Assembly: GCF_006345805.1 (NCBI RefSeq)
Contig: NW_021835466.1
Location: 5,509 to 69,508 of the forward strand
From: Octopus sinensis
Taxonomy: Eukaryota
DNA length: 64,000 nucleotides
Direction: 5' to 3'
This document shows, piece by piece, positions 1-13,250 of the stretch. The first letter of the stretch is position 1; every line of letters begins with the position of its first letter. Under the pieces are notes generated by a model, which searched no databases, was not told where the DNA came from, and saw only the letters and a list, made by a program, of their open reading frames with translations. The position numbers and the translations under genes are program-made.

Positions 1-800
1 TACTTTATTTTTTATAGCTTCTTCATTCCGTTTCAAGATATATTGTCGTTCCATTGAAGTTGAAGCATTGATTTGGAAACCTGTCCCATCCTGACCGTTT
101 TCCACTATACTATCTAGACGATATATCTTAATCTTCTACGCCAGGGTACTTGTTATTATTGGAATTGTTTCTCTTTCCTATTCTTGCCTAGTAGTTATCA
201 CTCTTTCCAGATCTTTACTTTTATATATATTTTCTAAGTTTTTCAGAAATATATTGTTATACTTTGAATCTAAAACATCGATTACGTGATTTCCCATCTT
301 GGTGTTTTCTAACAATTATATCGATGAGCTTTTTTTTTTTTCTTTTCTAATATCTCTATATTAAATGGTATGTTACCGAGAATGATCTCTGAAACCTTGT
401 CTGCTGTATGATTGTTCTGTCTCCTCTCCGTAGTTATTTAATAATGCCTACAGTTATAAAATATGTGTTGGACTATCTTGTACTGCCGGTATCTTATATA
501 ACATCTAATTTTTGGCTCTATGCATTCCTATGCATTTGATTCTATTTTACGAATTAATCGAACGCACGTGTAATTTTCTTCCCTTATATATTCTTTAGTT
601 TCTTTGTGAAGATTGTGTACAAACTAGTTTATTAATTCATATGTGGTAGCGTGTCTCTGTTGCGTCTGAACATCTTATCTTTGTTTCGTTATCTAATATG
701 ATGTTAATGTATTAATGTATTTAATTAAATTTCCTGTCTTCATGGTTGCCTTGGTGCAGTTTTCCGCGCCAGACATTACATCAATTCTTTGTTTTCTGGG
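1..800 (-). pseudogene. Highly decayed non-LTR retrotransposon reverse-transcriptase remnant (RTE/CR1-like)
   Basis: Manual minus-strand translation gives broken motifs in the expected order: RKTAPR (cf. KAPG), GNLIKY, LLNNYGEETEQSYSRQGFRD (cf. QxGFR), IEILEK. Many stops and frameshifts. Confidence 0.3.
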
Positions 801-1600
801 AAAGCAGGATATCACTTGTTAATTATCTGCAACGCATAACTTCTATCCAAAACTACTCTTCGTTAGAAAATTAGTTAAATGTGTCGACGGCAAGTATATA
901 AGAAATAATTAGAAAATGAGCGTCCTTGAAATACTCTTCTTGGAAAAAGTATGGGAATTTCTTTCTTAAAATTTATATTTCGTTGAATTCTGTAGAAAAA
1001 TATTCTACGTTTTTCTTATGTTTCTATAACTGCGCAATGTTGGGTTCAAATTTTGGCTAAAGCCAGCGATTGCATGGGAGACAATAAGTCCATCTAGAAT
1101 TTGAATGGTGTAAGGCCGTAGACCTTAGCATCCAAGAGAGAAAATGATGTTGATATACACATTGAAGTAAAGTTCATTCATTGACTTACACCAGATAAGG
1201 CTTAAGTAATAGAAACGTTAAACGCTGCAAGAAGTGTCAGAGTTTGAGGGTCCAAATATTTTGCGTATAAAAAAAAGTGTCTGTCACACGTAAGAGACAT
1301 GAAAAGATGATGTACAATGCTTAAGTAATCGCTTATGGCACCTGTGTTGCATGAGCAGACAGTCACACGCTTGATGATCCTATTTTCATGAATGTGTTTA
1401 TCCTAATTTTTTATATATTATGGAATTAGAAATAAATCTTAAAATTCCCCAAATTTAATATTGAATACGTATTTTACGCGCTCTTCTACATTCGAATCGT
1501 TCGTTTCATTAGAGATCTTTTTTAAGTTCTCTACGAAGAATATATTATATTTATATCTAAACTGTTGAGCGCCTATGCGGCATGAAAGAAATAATAATAT

Positions 1601-1794
1601 AGGCGCAGGAGTGGCTGTGTGGTAAGTAATTTGTTTACCAACCACATTGCTCCGAGTTCAGTCACACTGCGTGTCACCTTGGGCAAATGTCTTCTACTAT
1701 AGCCTCGAGCCGACCAAAGCCTTGTGAGTGGATTTGGTAGACGGAAACTGAAGGAAGCCAATCGTATGTATGTAGATATATATATACATATATG

Positions 1795-1829
<35 letters not shown>

Positions 1830-2058
1830 TTGTGTGCGTAAATGTTTGTGTATCTGTGTTTGTCCTCCCAACATAATTTGACAACCGATGATGGTGTGTT
1901 TAGGTCACTGTCACATAGGGGTTCGGCAAAAAGAGACCGATAGAATAAGTACTGGGCTTACAAAGAATAAATCCTGGGGTCGATTTGCTCGACTAAAGGC
2001 GGTGCTCTAGCATGGCCGCAGTCAAATGACTGAAACGAGTAAAAGAGTAAAAGAGAGT
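1601..2058 (+). mobile_element. SINE family A (tRNA-like head, internal (TA)n(TG)n, 3' tail ...ggcggtgctccagcatggccgcagtcaaatgactgaaac + (agtaaaag)n)
   Basis: A-box-like tggctgtgtggtaag and B-box-like gagttcagtc; same ~400 bp sequence recurs more than 10 times in the window on both strands. Confidence 0.9.
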
Positions 2059-2068
2059 ATTGTTATAC

Positions 2069-2369
2069 AGGGTGGCGAAGTGGCAGAATCGCTAGCACGC
2101 CGGACAAAATGCTTAGTAGCAATTCATCTGTCTCTACGTTCTAAGTTCCGAACCCGCCGAGATCGACTTCGACTTTCATCGTTTTCTGGTCGATAAAATA
2201 AATACCAGTTGAACACTAGGATTGATGTCATCTACTTAACACCTTCTCCGAAATTACTGGCCTTGTGCCAATATTTGAAATCGTAATTAATATTATTATC
2301 AAGGCAGACAACTGACGGGATCGTTAGTACTCCGGACGAAATGCTTAGCGGCATTTCGTCCGTACTTTA
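2069..2369 (+). mobile_element. Old SINE-B-type copy followed by a second truncated SINE-B head
   Basis: ggcgaagtggcagaatcgctagcacgccggac...aaatgcttag head; gtcgataaaataaataccag core; head repeated at 2301-2369. Confidence 0.7.
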
Positions 2370-3070
2370 CAAAATATGACTTGCTCAGAAGAAACAGCAA
2401 TGGATGTGCAATTTGCCTCAATAGGATGCACGTGCGAAGTGCTGTGATAAACATGGCCGTGCACTCTGAAGCAGAATGGACTTTGTCCTTGTGGGTCATC
2501 CATGATGTGAGTATCCAGAGCTGCGAAAGATAGATCAGAGTTATATGACCTTATATTTTCCTTGAAGTTAGCATAATGTGGATGTTGAGGATCTGACAAC
2601 AGAGGACCTAAGTCTGAAGGAAATTCTCATTCTTAGATATGCTCTCCTCTTTGCTGTTTGCTGTTCTGCTTCATCTTGTCGCCTTTGTGATGCTCTCATT
2701 CTCAGATCTCTCTTCTCTGCTCCTTGCTCTTCCGTTTCATCTCGTCGCCTTTGTGTTGCTCCATTTCTTAGATCTGTTCTCCTCTCTGCTGCATGTTGTT
2801 CTGTTTCACCTTGGCGCTTTTGTGTAGCACTCTATCTTTGGATATCTGTCCTTGTGTAATGAGGTTCCCTTTATCATTTTTACGTCTTCGAGACTGTCAT
2901 CGTGCATCTTGTGATCTTCTCTCTTGTCTCCTTTCTTGTGATTGACATTAAATTTTCTTTTATTTTTAATCTTCAGGCGTTCATTTCCCTCTGAGTGACA
3001 CAGGCTGTTCTTCGCCTTTGTCTATGTCTGGCCAACAGCCGCCTTCAGTCTATTCCATTTTCCATACCAG
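2370..3070 (-). mobile_element. Helitron Rep/helicase N-terminal remnant (internally deleted)
   Basis: ORF 2345-2599: HYANFKENIRSYNSDLSFAALD...GQSPFCFRVHGHVYHSTSHVHP matches the Helitron motif F..NIR.YN..LSFAS...GP..FR.HG..YH...L.P. Upstream are three ~23-aa repeats (TQKRQGETEQHAAERR / TQRRRDETEEQGAEKR / SQRRQDEAEQQTAKRR) typical of Helitron N-termini. Confidence 0.8.
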
Positions 3071-3196
3071 AAGAAAGAGTATCGATAAATGGAAAACAAA
3101 CACTATATACCGTAAATAAGTTATTAGAGTACGAATGACTAAAAACTGTAAATTGATAACAAACACAGTGAAGAAAAGAATACGCACACCTGGTGT

Positions 3197-3276
3197 TTAG
3201 GGTTAGGGTTAAGGCTAGGATTTAGGGTTAGAGTTAGGGTTTAGGGTTAGGATTAGGGATAGGGTTTACGGTTAGG
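3197..3276 (+). repeat. Degenerate interstitial (TTAGGG)n-like array
   Basis: tttagggttagggttaaggctaggatttagggttagagttagggtttagggttaggattagggatagggtttacggttagg. Confidence 0.8.
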
Positions 3277-3677
3277 AATATCGTTGGGGCAATGCCGAAT
3301 ATGGATGGTGTGCATATTATTTACCTCCACCAAAAAACACAGTATACAGTAAATAAGTTATAGGATTACTGATAACTAAAGTTATCAGTGAACTAATAAA
3401 AAATATTATATACCGTAGATATACACATAAACATTGAAACCGATATATTAGAGAAAGTGGTCTACGTAAAATGCAAACAGAATATTTCCGCTCTGAAAGG
3501 AGAGGCCTTTGCAGGCGACGCTCTCTCCGCCACTTCCTCTCTTTCTCTCATTTCTATTATTTTCTCTCACCCCCTGTCAGTCATGTCCTTCACTAAACTA
3601 CTATTTTCTCTTCACTCCCTTCACTTATACTACTCTTCAACTTCCTCTAACCAACTCAGTGAATTTGGCATATATAT

Positions 3678-3734
<57 letters not shown>

Positions 3735-3737
<3 letters not shown>

Positions 3738-3953
3738 GGAGTAAACACATGAATGTGAAACAAGGTGGTAAAAAGAGTACTGAAATACCAGTGGTAGAGT
3801 AAATATGCTTTATTTCAAGCAGCAGAAAATTCAACAAAACCTGTTACTCTGAGTTTCCATATCGGTCCCATTCTAGCAAAAACTGTCCGACGAACGAAAA
3901 CGGGAACCTCAGAGTAACAGGTTTTGTTGAATTTTCTGCTGCTTTAAATAAAG
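3735..3953 (+). mobile_element. (TA)n-flanked cassette with 51-bp inverted repeat and degenerate hammerhead motif (Penelope-like pLTR remnant)
   Basis: Arms 3808-3858 and 3903-3953 match 49/51. The spacer and right arm contain CCGACGA...GAAC-ctcagag-TA-acag. Confidence 0.55.
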
Positions 3954-4017
<64 letters not shown>

Positions 4018-4173
4018 ATATATAAAAACACAACGCTTATATTATATTAGGAGATTCATTGTATTTATATGTATCTCTATCTATCTTACTGGCTATCGGT
4101 CTATATACCTATCTATCCACCTCCCTCCCTTACATATATATGTATATATGTAGATATATGAATGCGTGTATGC

Positions 4174-4235
<62 letters not shown>

Positions 4236-4600
4236 GTGTGTATGTATGTGACTATATATATATATATATATATGTCTCTGTGTGTTTGTATTTGTTCAGG
4301 TATACATATATATTCATATATGTTTGTTATATTCAAACCCATTTGTGTTCTTTTCACATAATATTGTGTATTATTTAATATATATATATATAAATATATA
4401 TATAAATATATACATATATATATATATATAATATATATATTATATATATTAACGTGACGTATTTTTGCCATTTCAATATGGCTAACCCCTAAGGGTGGAT
4501 GCTACTGTAGTTTTTAGCCCAGGAGGACACACTCCTCCAGCTGGCCATAGACACACTTCTGTGTCCTGTCAGTATTTGCAAAGGGAAGTCGATATTTATC

Positions 4601-4656
<56 letters not shown>

Positions 4657-4724
4657 GTATGTATGTATATATATATATATAGTCGTTGGTTTTATGTGCA
4701 TATACGAATATATGTATTCTTTTG

Positions 4725-5072
4725 TTCTATTTTTTCAGATGATTGACTGCTGCCATGCTGATGCACCACCTTTCGTCTTCAAATCAACCTTATCGGTGTC
4801 GTTTGCCGAATCCCTAAGTTATGGGGACGCATACACACTAACAGCGGTTGTCAAGTGATGGGGACGGGACAAACACAGACACAAAGACATACAAGCATAT
4901 ATGTATATACGACGGGCTTCTTTTAGTTTCCGTCTAACAAATCCAATCACAATTCTTTAGGTAGCTCGAGTTTATAATAGTAGACACTTGCCCAAGACAT
5001 CACGCAGAGGTACTGAACCTGAAACCATGATGTTAGTAAGCGAGTTTCTTACCGCACAGCCACACCTGCAAC
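4725..5072 (-). mobile_element. SINE family A, diverged copy
   Basis: Reverse-complement match to family A tail, core and head (cttaccgcacagccac). Confidence 0.8.
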
Positions 5073-5112
5073 TATATATGTGTGTGTGTATGTGTGTTTG
5101 TATGTATATGTA

Positions 5113-5512
5113 TGTGAGTGGCTGTGTGGTAAGTAGCTTGCTAACCAGCCACATGGTTCCGGGTTCAGTCCCACTACGTGGCATCTTGGGAAAGTGTCTT
5201 CTGCTATAGCCCCGGGCCGACCAATGCCTTGTGAGTGGATTTGGTAGACGGAAACTGAAAGAAGCCTGTCGTATATATGTATATATATGTATATGTATGT
5301 TTGTTTGTGTGTCTGTGTTTGTCCCCCTGGCATTGCTTGACAACTGATGCTGGTGTGTTTATGTCCCCGTCACTTAGCGGCTCGGCAAAAGACACCGATA
5401 GAATAAGTACTGGGCTTACAAAGAATAAGTCCCGGGGTCGATTTGCTCGACTAAAGGTGGTGCTCCAGCATGGCCGCAGTCAAATGACTGAAACAAGTAA
5501 AAGATTGAAAGA
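5113..5512 (+). mobile_element. SINE family A
   Basis: Near-consensus full-length copy, head-to-head with 4725-5072. Confidence 0.9.
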
Positions 5513-7489
5513 TATATAAATATGTATATATACATATATTTGCATGTGTCTGTCTGTATATGTATATAGACACGTGTGTATGTATAAAGTCTCTGTCCTA
5601 AAAGTGTGGCGTACTTCAATCTGAAGTGAAGTAAAGACATTTGCACGAATGGGCCATAATATCTGATTTGAATTGATAGCCATTATTCCGACCGGTTAGT
5701 AATGGCGTAATTTCTAATGAAATATTTAATCAATCATATAAAAAGCCGTTGCATCCACAACTACACACTCACCCTAGCATGTATAAGATAGATCGACACA
5801 CGGCTACATATACATCCACCATATGTAAATACATGTATGGGTTTATATATATATACATATATGTATAGGTCCATACATACATACGTATATTTAAATACAT
5901 ATATATATATGTATATATATATTCATATATATATATATATTCATATATATATATATATATATATATTTATTTATATAACTGTATATATATATAACTGTGT
6001 ATGTTTCTATGTGTTTGTATAACTGCATGTATATAGATTTAGGTGTACTTGTGGAATAGTCTTAATTGCTTTAATGCGCTAATTACTTTATCGCTGACAT
6101 CGTTCAGAACGAAGAGATATGATTTTATCGCGATGACTTCGTACCCACCATATACTCATTAGCTTGCTCTATGAATTAATAATCACCGCATAATCATAAA
6201 TATTTCCTGGTCGTATCGAAGAAAGGATAGCAAAACAATATCGAAGCTTTGTATCTTTGATAACAGCGCTTCAATGTTGAAACACATATGTCATGTTGAT
6301 TTCGATATTTTTGATATCATTGATGTCATTCACATTTTATCATTGGGCTTAATAATGTATAATACCCTGATGCTATATCACCTCTATATTTTCATTTCCT
6401 TTTTGTTTTGTTTTTATCTTAATTCAATTAATGTCTTTATCCTTGTTGTTTTCAGGTAAATTTTGAAACAAATATATCTTCTTGAGTTCGATTCAACTTG
6501 ATGTCCTTGAGGTCATTACTATATATATCGTGGTGCTTATAACTAAGGAACATGACGTTACTTGAACATTACCTTTCGATTTCCTTTTTGTTGTTTTTTT
6601 TTAATTCATTTTCTACATTTATCCTTGTATTTTCATCTCAACACAATACAAACTTCAAACTAAAGCATTAAAATCACAAACAAGATCGTCATTATATCAC
6701 TAAGCTGTCGTTATTTTTTAGACCAAGATCCCGCTAGTTCGACGTGACCTATAACACAAATACTTGTCGCTATGAATTTTCCTTCTTTTTTCTGATTGTA
6801 TAATACATCCAATATAACATTATTTAATATGTCCTTCCATTTTCAAAACGATAGAATGAGATTTGATGGAGAATTTACAATACATTCTTACAACTCAATC
6901 TCCACGAATCGGCCCTCATGTTGGGTCGTTAGAATTCTATTGAACAACGCGGTTATAGGAATCAATAAAAGATACCGTGGATTGCATGTCTGTGTCACGA
7001 TGAATGGCATAGATGTCACAGTCAGCGCCGATTTCATTGTCGTTCCACTGAAATTTCAGCTGGTGAATTTCTGTCTTCGTTTCGTATATACTACGACAGA
7101 ACAGACTTTCTAAATATATTTCTCCTATTCTATTTCTCATTCTGTCGGAATTGCTATGAATCAGCTTTGATTGCTCTTGTTGGTTGCATAGCTTAATATC
7201 CTGTTCTGGTTTCCTTTGATTACAAATACAAACACAGTGAACTCCTCACAAACTCACACACATAGACACACTGTCGGAAACAAAAGCAAAAGCACGCACA
7301 CACACAGAGACGTAGCTGTGTTGGAACGAAGCTTGTTTCCAAAACAGATGGCTTCTGGTGTAGTTCAATGCGTGGAAACACGGGCAAGTGTCATTTAATA
7401 CAATATCAGGCAAACTAGCCCAGTTTGAGTGGATATTATTGATAGAAACTGAAACAAGCCCGTCTTATATATAGGACGGGTTTGTTTGA

Positions 7490-10400
7490 TTGATACATCA
7501 CCACATTGATACCACAAAACCTCAAAGCATCTCTATTTTCCAGTGTAGTTTTGACTTAATGACACATGCATTCAATATCTGCCAGAATGGAATAGAAATG
7601 CTGTCTAAATCTCAATAATACATGCAAACAATTACTAATTAGGTCACGATCGTGCCTACAACGTTTATTGAGAGATATGCCTCGATGTTTTGCTGCACAA
7701 TCAAATAAAATGCGTACTTTGTCCGGGTTTTTTTAAAATCAGAAATGCTAGCATGATGAAGATGATACAATATAGGTTCAACACTATGAATTTTCCCTGT
7801 AGGGAACGACCTCAGCATATCAATTGCTAACTAACTTGTTCATTTCTAAATCGTATCTTTGAACAAGATCTTGCCTTTCATGTTTCCTTAATTAACTACT
7901 ACATAATTATTTGGCAATGTTTCATCCCTATCTTTCTTGGGAATTAGTAACTTATAATGACCATCCACTTTCAAACATTCCCTATCCCATAATTCAATTA
8001 CTGAATGATTATCTTGCAATCAACCAACTTCATGAATTCGTTCGTTTTCCAATTTCCATCATACATGTATGTTATTTGCAACTACACAGGGTGACATAGT
8101 AACAAATGTAGATATGACTTGACGACTAAATTGTTTAACCGATGACTAACCATTGCTGCACCAACCGAAGATTTTCCTAATTGCAAAGGGTTCACCTTTC
8201 TTACCCTTACGTACTTCTAATGGTATAAAGGCTTCCGCATGATTTTGATTTAGGAACAGATATACTTAGCATTCACTATCAAAATATGGCAAGCTGATAT
8301 GAACAGGTGTTCATGTTTGCTCAAATTTATCTGTGCTGTTTTTGCTGAGATTTCATCAACCACTTATACACCAGAAATCTCTAAACTATTATCATCTTCA
8401 GTACACAAACATAAACTGACCATTTCTGACTCAGCAGATGTAGACTTGTTCAATATATTGAAAAGATATGATACAGATTCATCCTGCAAAGGCAATCGTT
8501 TTGCTAAATTACTTGTACAGAAGGAATTAATTGATCCTGTACCAAGCAAGACAAACACTTTCATACCGTTATTCTCTCTAATTCGTACAATTGGCGTGCG
8601 TGTAACTGAATAGTACTAGCAGATATATTAGCATTTGAAACACTACCATACTAACTTAGTGCATATTCGTTTTCATGAATGTACATGGTGCGTTTTCTTT
8701 TTTTTTTACCACAACCTGCCACACTACAGACAGATTCCTACATGATTCAGTATCGCGACTGGATGGAAGGTAATTTTGACACAAATTGCGTTCCATGACA
8801 AGGCTTAATCGGTCTTTAGGTGTCATTCTCTGAAACATTTGGCAATGCAACAATCGATGGTTTTCATTAGAGAACACACGCGCTGGTTTTGGATGCGCAT
8901 AAGAACTAGTATGGCGTAAATGTCTCTGTGACTCGCTTGTAGTAGTACCAATCTTTGATGCATGATCGTGATGTTTCTATCTTACCATTTTACCATAGAC
9001 TGGCTCATTCACATCTGAAGCAGGTTTAGCAGCGAGCTCTACCGGAAGATTGAATTTGCGATAATCTCCCTTGAAACATTTATATTCTAGAGCACGTTTC
9101 TTCTACTAAAATTTTAAATAAGATTGTAAACGGCTAACAATGTTCAAAATGTTAGAATTGTAAATTCACTCCTTGGGGCAGGCTTAGCTTTATGAAAATC
9201 ATCTTAGAATGAATTTTGCGGATTGTCCCCTAGTTTCTGCGACACATGTGTGGCTTTCAGTGGTTTATTTTTTCAGAAAATTGAGGAATAAAACGGCTAC
9301 GAAGTGGGAATTGCCAAAAACTAATTTTTTCAAGAATACCGAGTGCTTGTTGATATCCTACCACACCACCAATTAAGAGACAGCCCCTAATAGCCTCTCT
9401 CGCAGAACCTTGTGTATAATGAATTAAACGCGTTACATTGAAATTATTTTCTGCACAAATCGAATCAACGTTGAGATGAAACGATTCAATAAATGTGTGA
9501 TACAGAGCGGATCTCACTTGAAAGTTTACAACCCAACTTTTGGCATTTATGAGCTTGTAAGTACTTATTCTATCGGTCTCTTTTGCCGGACCACTAAATA
9601 ACGGGGACATAAACACACCAGCATTGGTTGTCAAGCAATGCTAAGGGGACAAACACAGACACACAAACACACACATACATATATACATATATACGACGGG
9701 CTTCTTTTCAGTTTCCGTCTACCAAATCCACTCACAAGGCTTTGGTCGGCCCGAGGCTATAGTAGAAGACACTTGCTCAAGGTGCTACACAGTGGGACTG
9801 AACCCGGAACCATGTGGTTGGTAAACAAGCTACTTACCACACAGCCACTCCTGCGCCTATGTAAATCATTTATTTCAACATAAGGTTCCTCAACCATACT
9901 TTCTAAATTGTTGGGCTTTATATCTTTAAATACATATTTTATCGCTTATAAAATATTCACATAGTCGTTTTGCACACTGTAGAAATACTTTTCACTTTCG
10001 TCAACCTCATCTTCATCTTGTATTTCATAAAAAGCATTATGAGCCTCGGAATCTCTTCAACGAGTGTTTTATTTTTTTTCCTTGATCTTCAAGAACAACT
10101 AAAGTGTCTTTCACAATGCATTGTTTTACATAATTTGCTCCAAGTGTCATGGCTGTCTAAGTCAATGTCCTTTCTGTTTCGAAATTGCCATTATAAGCCT
10201 TATGACATTCTGAAGAATCACTGGAATAAATTCACTTTTCAAATTCTTTTCAACAACTGGAATTCCTCTTCAAAGTTTTTGTGTTCTGTTGTTGCTGCTT
10301 CCTGTAGAAATCTAGGCGAGCGGGGCCACAATGACCACTGTGATAGCAAAGACGAACAATGGCTAAAACTTTGGAGCGTTTTATTTTCCACTCATACGTT
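7490..10400 (-). mobile_element. Degenerate BEL/Pao LTR retrotransposon (gag, protease, start of RT), interrupted by a SINE
   Basis: Minus-strand peptides: gag FIESFHLNV...LIHYTQGSAREAIRGC...YQQALGILEK (9300-9540); knuckle region HRLLHCQMFQRMTPKDRLSLVMERNLCQN (8656-8877); protease VFVLLGTGSINSFCTSNLAKRL (8364-8564); ELWDRECLKVDGHYKLLIPKK...LPNN (~7900-8000); RT KPDKVRILFDCAAKHRGISLN...VLLRFRQ...LADIE...RDALRF (~7500-7750). The 9860-10400 extension is less certain. Confidence 0.85.
9555..9860 (-). mobile_element. SINE family A (tail truncated) nested in BEL/Pao gag
   Basis: Consensus head ending cacagccactcctgcgccta; family core present. Confidence 0.9.
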
Positions 10401-10737
10401 ACAATAGGCACGTGTACCGTGTGTACATACATGTGTACGGCAAGTGTACGGCAGGTGTACGTAGAAAAACTTTGTCAGCTCATCATTATAGAAGTAGCAC
10501 AAAATTTCTCAGGTTAACAAAAAGATGCAAAAAATAAATAAATAAAACAATCAAAGATGACAGCGTGTTTTTGAGATATAGGTGGGCACAAGAGTCATCC
10601 GGAAAACAAAACAACTTCGATCACAGATAGGCACAGTAAGTGACACACTTCGGACAAGTTGTAAAACTAAGACTAAATGATAAAACTAGTGAACACTCAC
10701 ACACACACAGACTCACATACACACACACACTAAGACT

Positions 10738-10817
<80 letters not shown>

Positions 10818-11204
10818 GAGTGCATAGAAAGAAATTTTCATCGTCTATATGCTGAGAAATAGACAGTAAACCGTCTCACCACTAAAGAAGTCACAAACAC
10901 ATTTGTTGAATTCGAGGGAAGAAGCCAACGCAAATTATTTTTTAAAAATAGATAGCAATGGATTTGTTAATTTCTGGATTCACCCAGTGGCATGATGCTT
11001 CTTATTCAACAATTGTGGCTTCTAAGGTGGTAAGACGATTTAGCGTTTTTTCTCAACAAAGAGGCTATGAAATTTTCGTTTTAAGTCCTCATTATAATTA
11101 TACATATAATTTCACTTTAATTGCTCTAACGTTTTAAAAAAAAATTGTCATTTGTTATATCTATGCAGGCGAAGATGTGTAGTAAAACTTTTTTCTTTCC
11201 AAAC

Positions 11205-11301
11205 ATAAGTCCTGGCCTAGAGTCCCACTTGGATAAATGTCTTTTACTATATGTAGAGGCCGAACAAAATTTTCTAAATGACGGAAACTGAAAATGCCTG
11301 T

Positions 11302-11348
<47 letters not shown>

Positions 11349-11900
11349 ATATGAGTGTATGTGTGTACATCTCTCTCTCTATCTTTATGTATATATATGT
11401 ATACATATGTGAGTGTGTGTATGGGTGTATACATACATATATCTATTCATTTACTTGATTCTGTCATTTGACTGCGGCAATACAAGAGAACCGCCTTCAA
11501 GCGTTTTTTAATTGAAGAAATGGACCTTAGGACTTGTAATCCTGGTATTTATTTTACAGGTCTCTTTCGCCAAAATGATAAGATACGTTGACATAAACAC
11601 AATATCATCGGTTGTTGTGACATAAACACAACATCATCGGTTGTCAAACGATGGTGGGGTAAAAAAGAATATTTAGAATAATTGTTTTTAGCGAGCTGGT
11701 AGAATGGTTAGCACGATAGGGAAAATGATTTGCGGCATTTCGTCCGTCTTCACGTTTTGAGTTCAAATTCCGCCAAGATCGACTTTGCCTTTCGTCCTTC
11801 CAAGTTCGATGAAATAAGAAGTAGTTGAGCGATAGGTTCGATTTATTCGACTTTGCCCCTCCCCCAAACCTGCTGGCATTGTGCCAAAATTTGGAAGCAA
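11205..11900. mobile_element. Cluster of old SINE-A fragments (plus head, minus tail) and an old SINE-B copy (11690-11900 plus)
   Basis: gacggaaactgaaaatgcctgt; tcatttgactgcggc; gcgagctggtagaatggttagcacg. Confidence 0.65.
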
Positions 11901-12220
11901 TATGTAATGAAATATGTGAGTTCTGCCATGGCTTGTTTGAATAAATATTATTTCAAAATTTTGAGGAAGAATTTAATGAAATTAATATCCTCTTAACTCC
12001 ACCGTGATCAGCATCACTTGAACTGCGAAACGTCGACAACAACACTTAGTATATTAATATAAGAGTCCTCTGAACTCACTATAAGAAAATGTGCCACTTT
12101 CATATTCTCAATGCTTTATATATATATAGAGAGAGAGAGATTAAATATAATTTACATAAAAATAATTGTAATTTCTGAGTTCTCAATCAACATCAGTATA
12201 AGTTATATATTTACTATTTA

Positions 12221-12605
12221 CTCTTTTACTCTTTTATTTGTTTCAGTCATTTCACTGTGGCCATGCTGGTGCACCGCCTTTTAGTCGAGCAAATCGACCC
12301 CAGGACATTCTTTGTAAGCCCAGTACTTATTATGTCGGTCTCTTTTTGCTGAACCGCTAAGTAAACACACCAGCATTGGCTGTTAAGCAATGCTGCGGGA
12401 ACAAACACAGACACACAAACACACACACGCATATATATACATATATACGACAGGCGTCTTTCAGTTTCCGTCTACCAAAACCACTCACAAGGCTTTACCC
12501 GGCCCGAGGCTATAGTAGAAGACACTTGCCCAAGATGCCACGCAGTGGGATTGAATCCGGAACCATGTGGTTCGTAAGCAAGCTACTTACCACACAGCCA
12601 CTCCT
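12221..12605 (-). mobile_element. SINE family A
   Basis: Full reverse-complement copy. Confidence 0.9.
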
Positions 12606-13070
12606 ATTTGTTTATTTTTATTATTTTTCTGGACGTGTGTATTCTTTTATCTGTCCTGGAAAGTACAGAATACAAAGTCGATCATAAATTCTGATCTTAC
12701 AATATAAAGAAAGCAAAAACAAATAACCGAAGAGATTCTGTCTCCATTCTATCAATACTAATAAATTGGAAGATTTTTAGAATTTAATTCATTAAAAATA
12801 TACCCAAACATATGTAGATCGACATACGTCAAGTGATGTTGCATTGGTCTAGTTGCATACAATGAATAGGATGGGAGAAATGTCTTTATCCTGGATGAAG
12901 CGTCGTAAATGGTATCGAAATACGGTCTTTTTATATCTCTATATTCTGGAATAACTTTTTTTTATTAGAATTATTTCTGAGTGAGTTCAATTAGTTAAAG
13001 TGCAGCTGAAGTAAATAAAATATAGCATAGAAACGCTCATTTTATCAAAAGAAATCTATCGATAATCTAG

Positions 13071-13100
13071 TTGTATATATATATAATATATATATATATG

Positions 13101-13133
<33 letters not shown>

Positions 13134-13215
13134 CTATATATATATATATATATAATATATATATATAATATATATATATATATGTATATATATATGTATA
13201 TATATATTATATATG

Positions 13216-13250
<35 letters not shown>

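Noticed and set aside
1573-1884. Recurrent ORFs such as ...RQASFSFRLPNPLTRLWSARGYSRRHLPK...
   Set aside because: Antisense reading of SINE-A; it recurs because the SINE recurs.
3197-3276. Telomere or chromosome-fusion scar
   Set aside because: Only ~80 bp, degenerate, and embedded in transposon-like context.
10410-10462. Five-fold gtgtac motif cluster near the putative BEL LTR edge
   Set aside because: Short low-complexity repeat; LTR limits, second LTR and PBS could not be confirmed.
12004-12034. Hammerhead-like GTGATCA-gca..tgc-GAAACGTC
   Set aside because: Two core mismatches and no stem I pairing.
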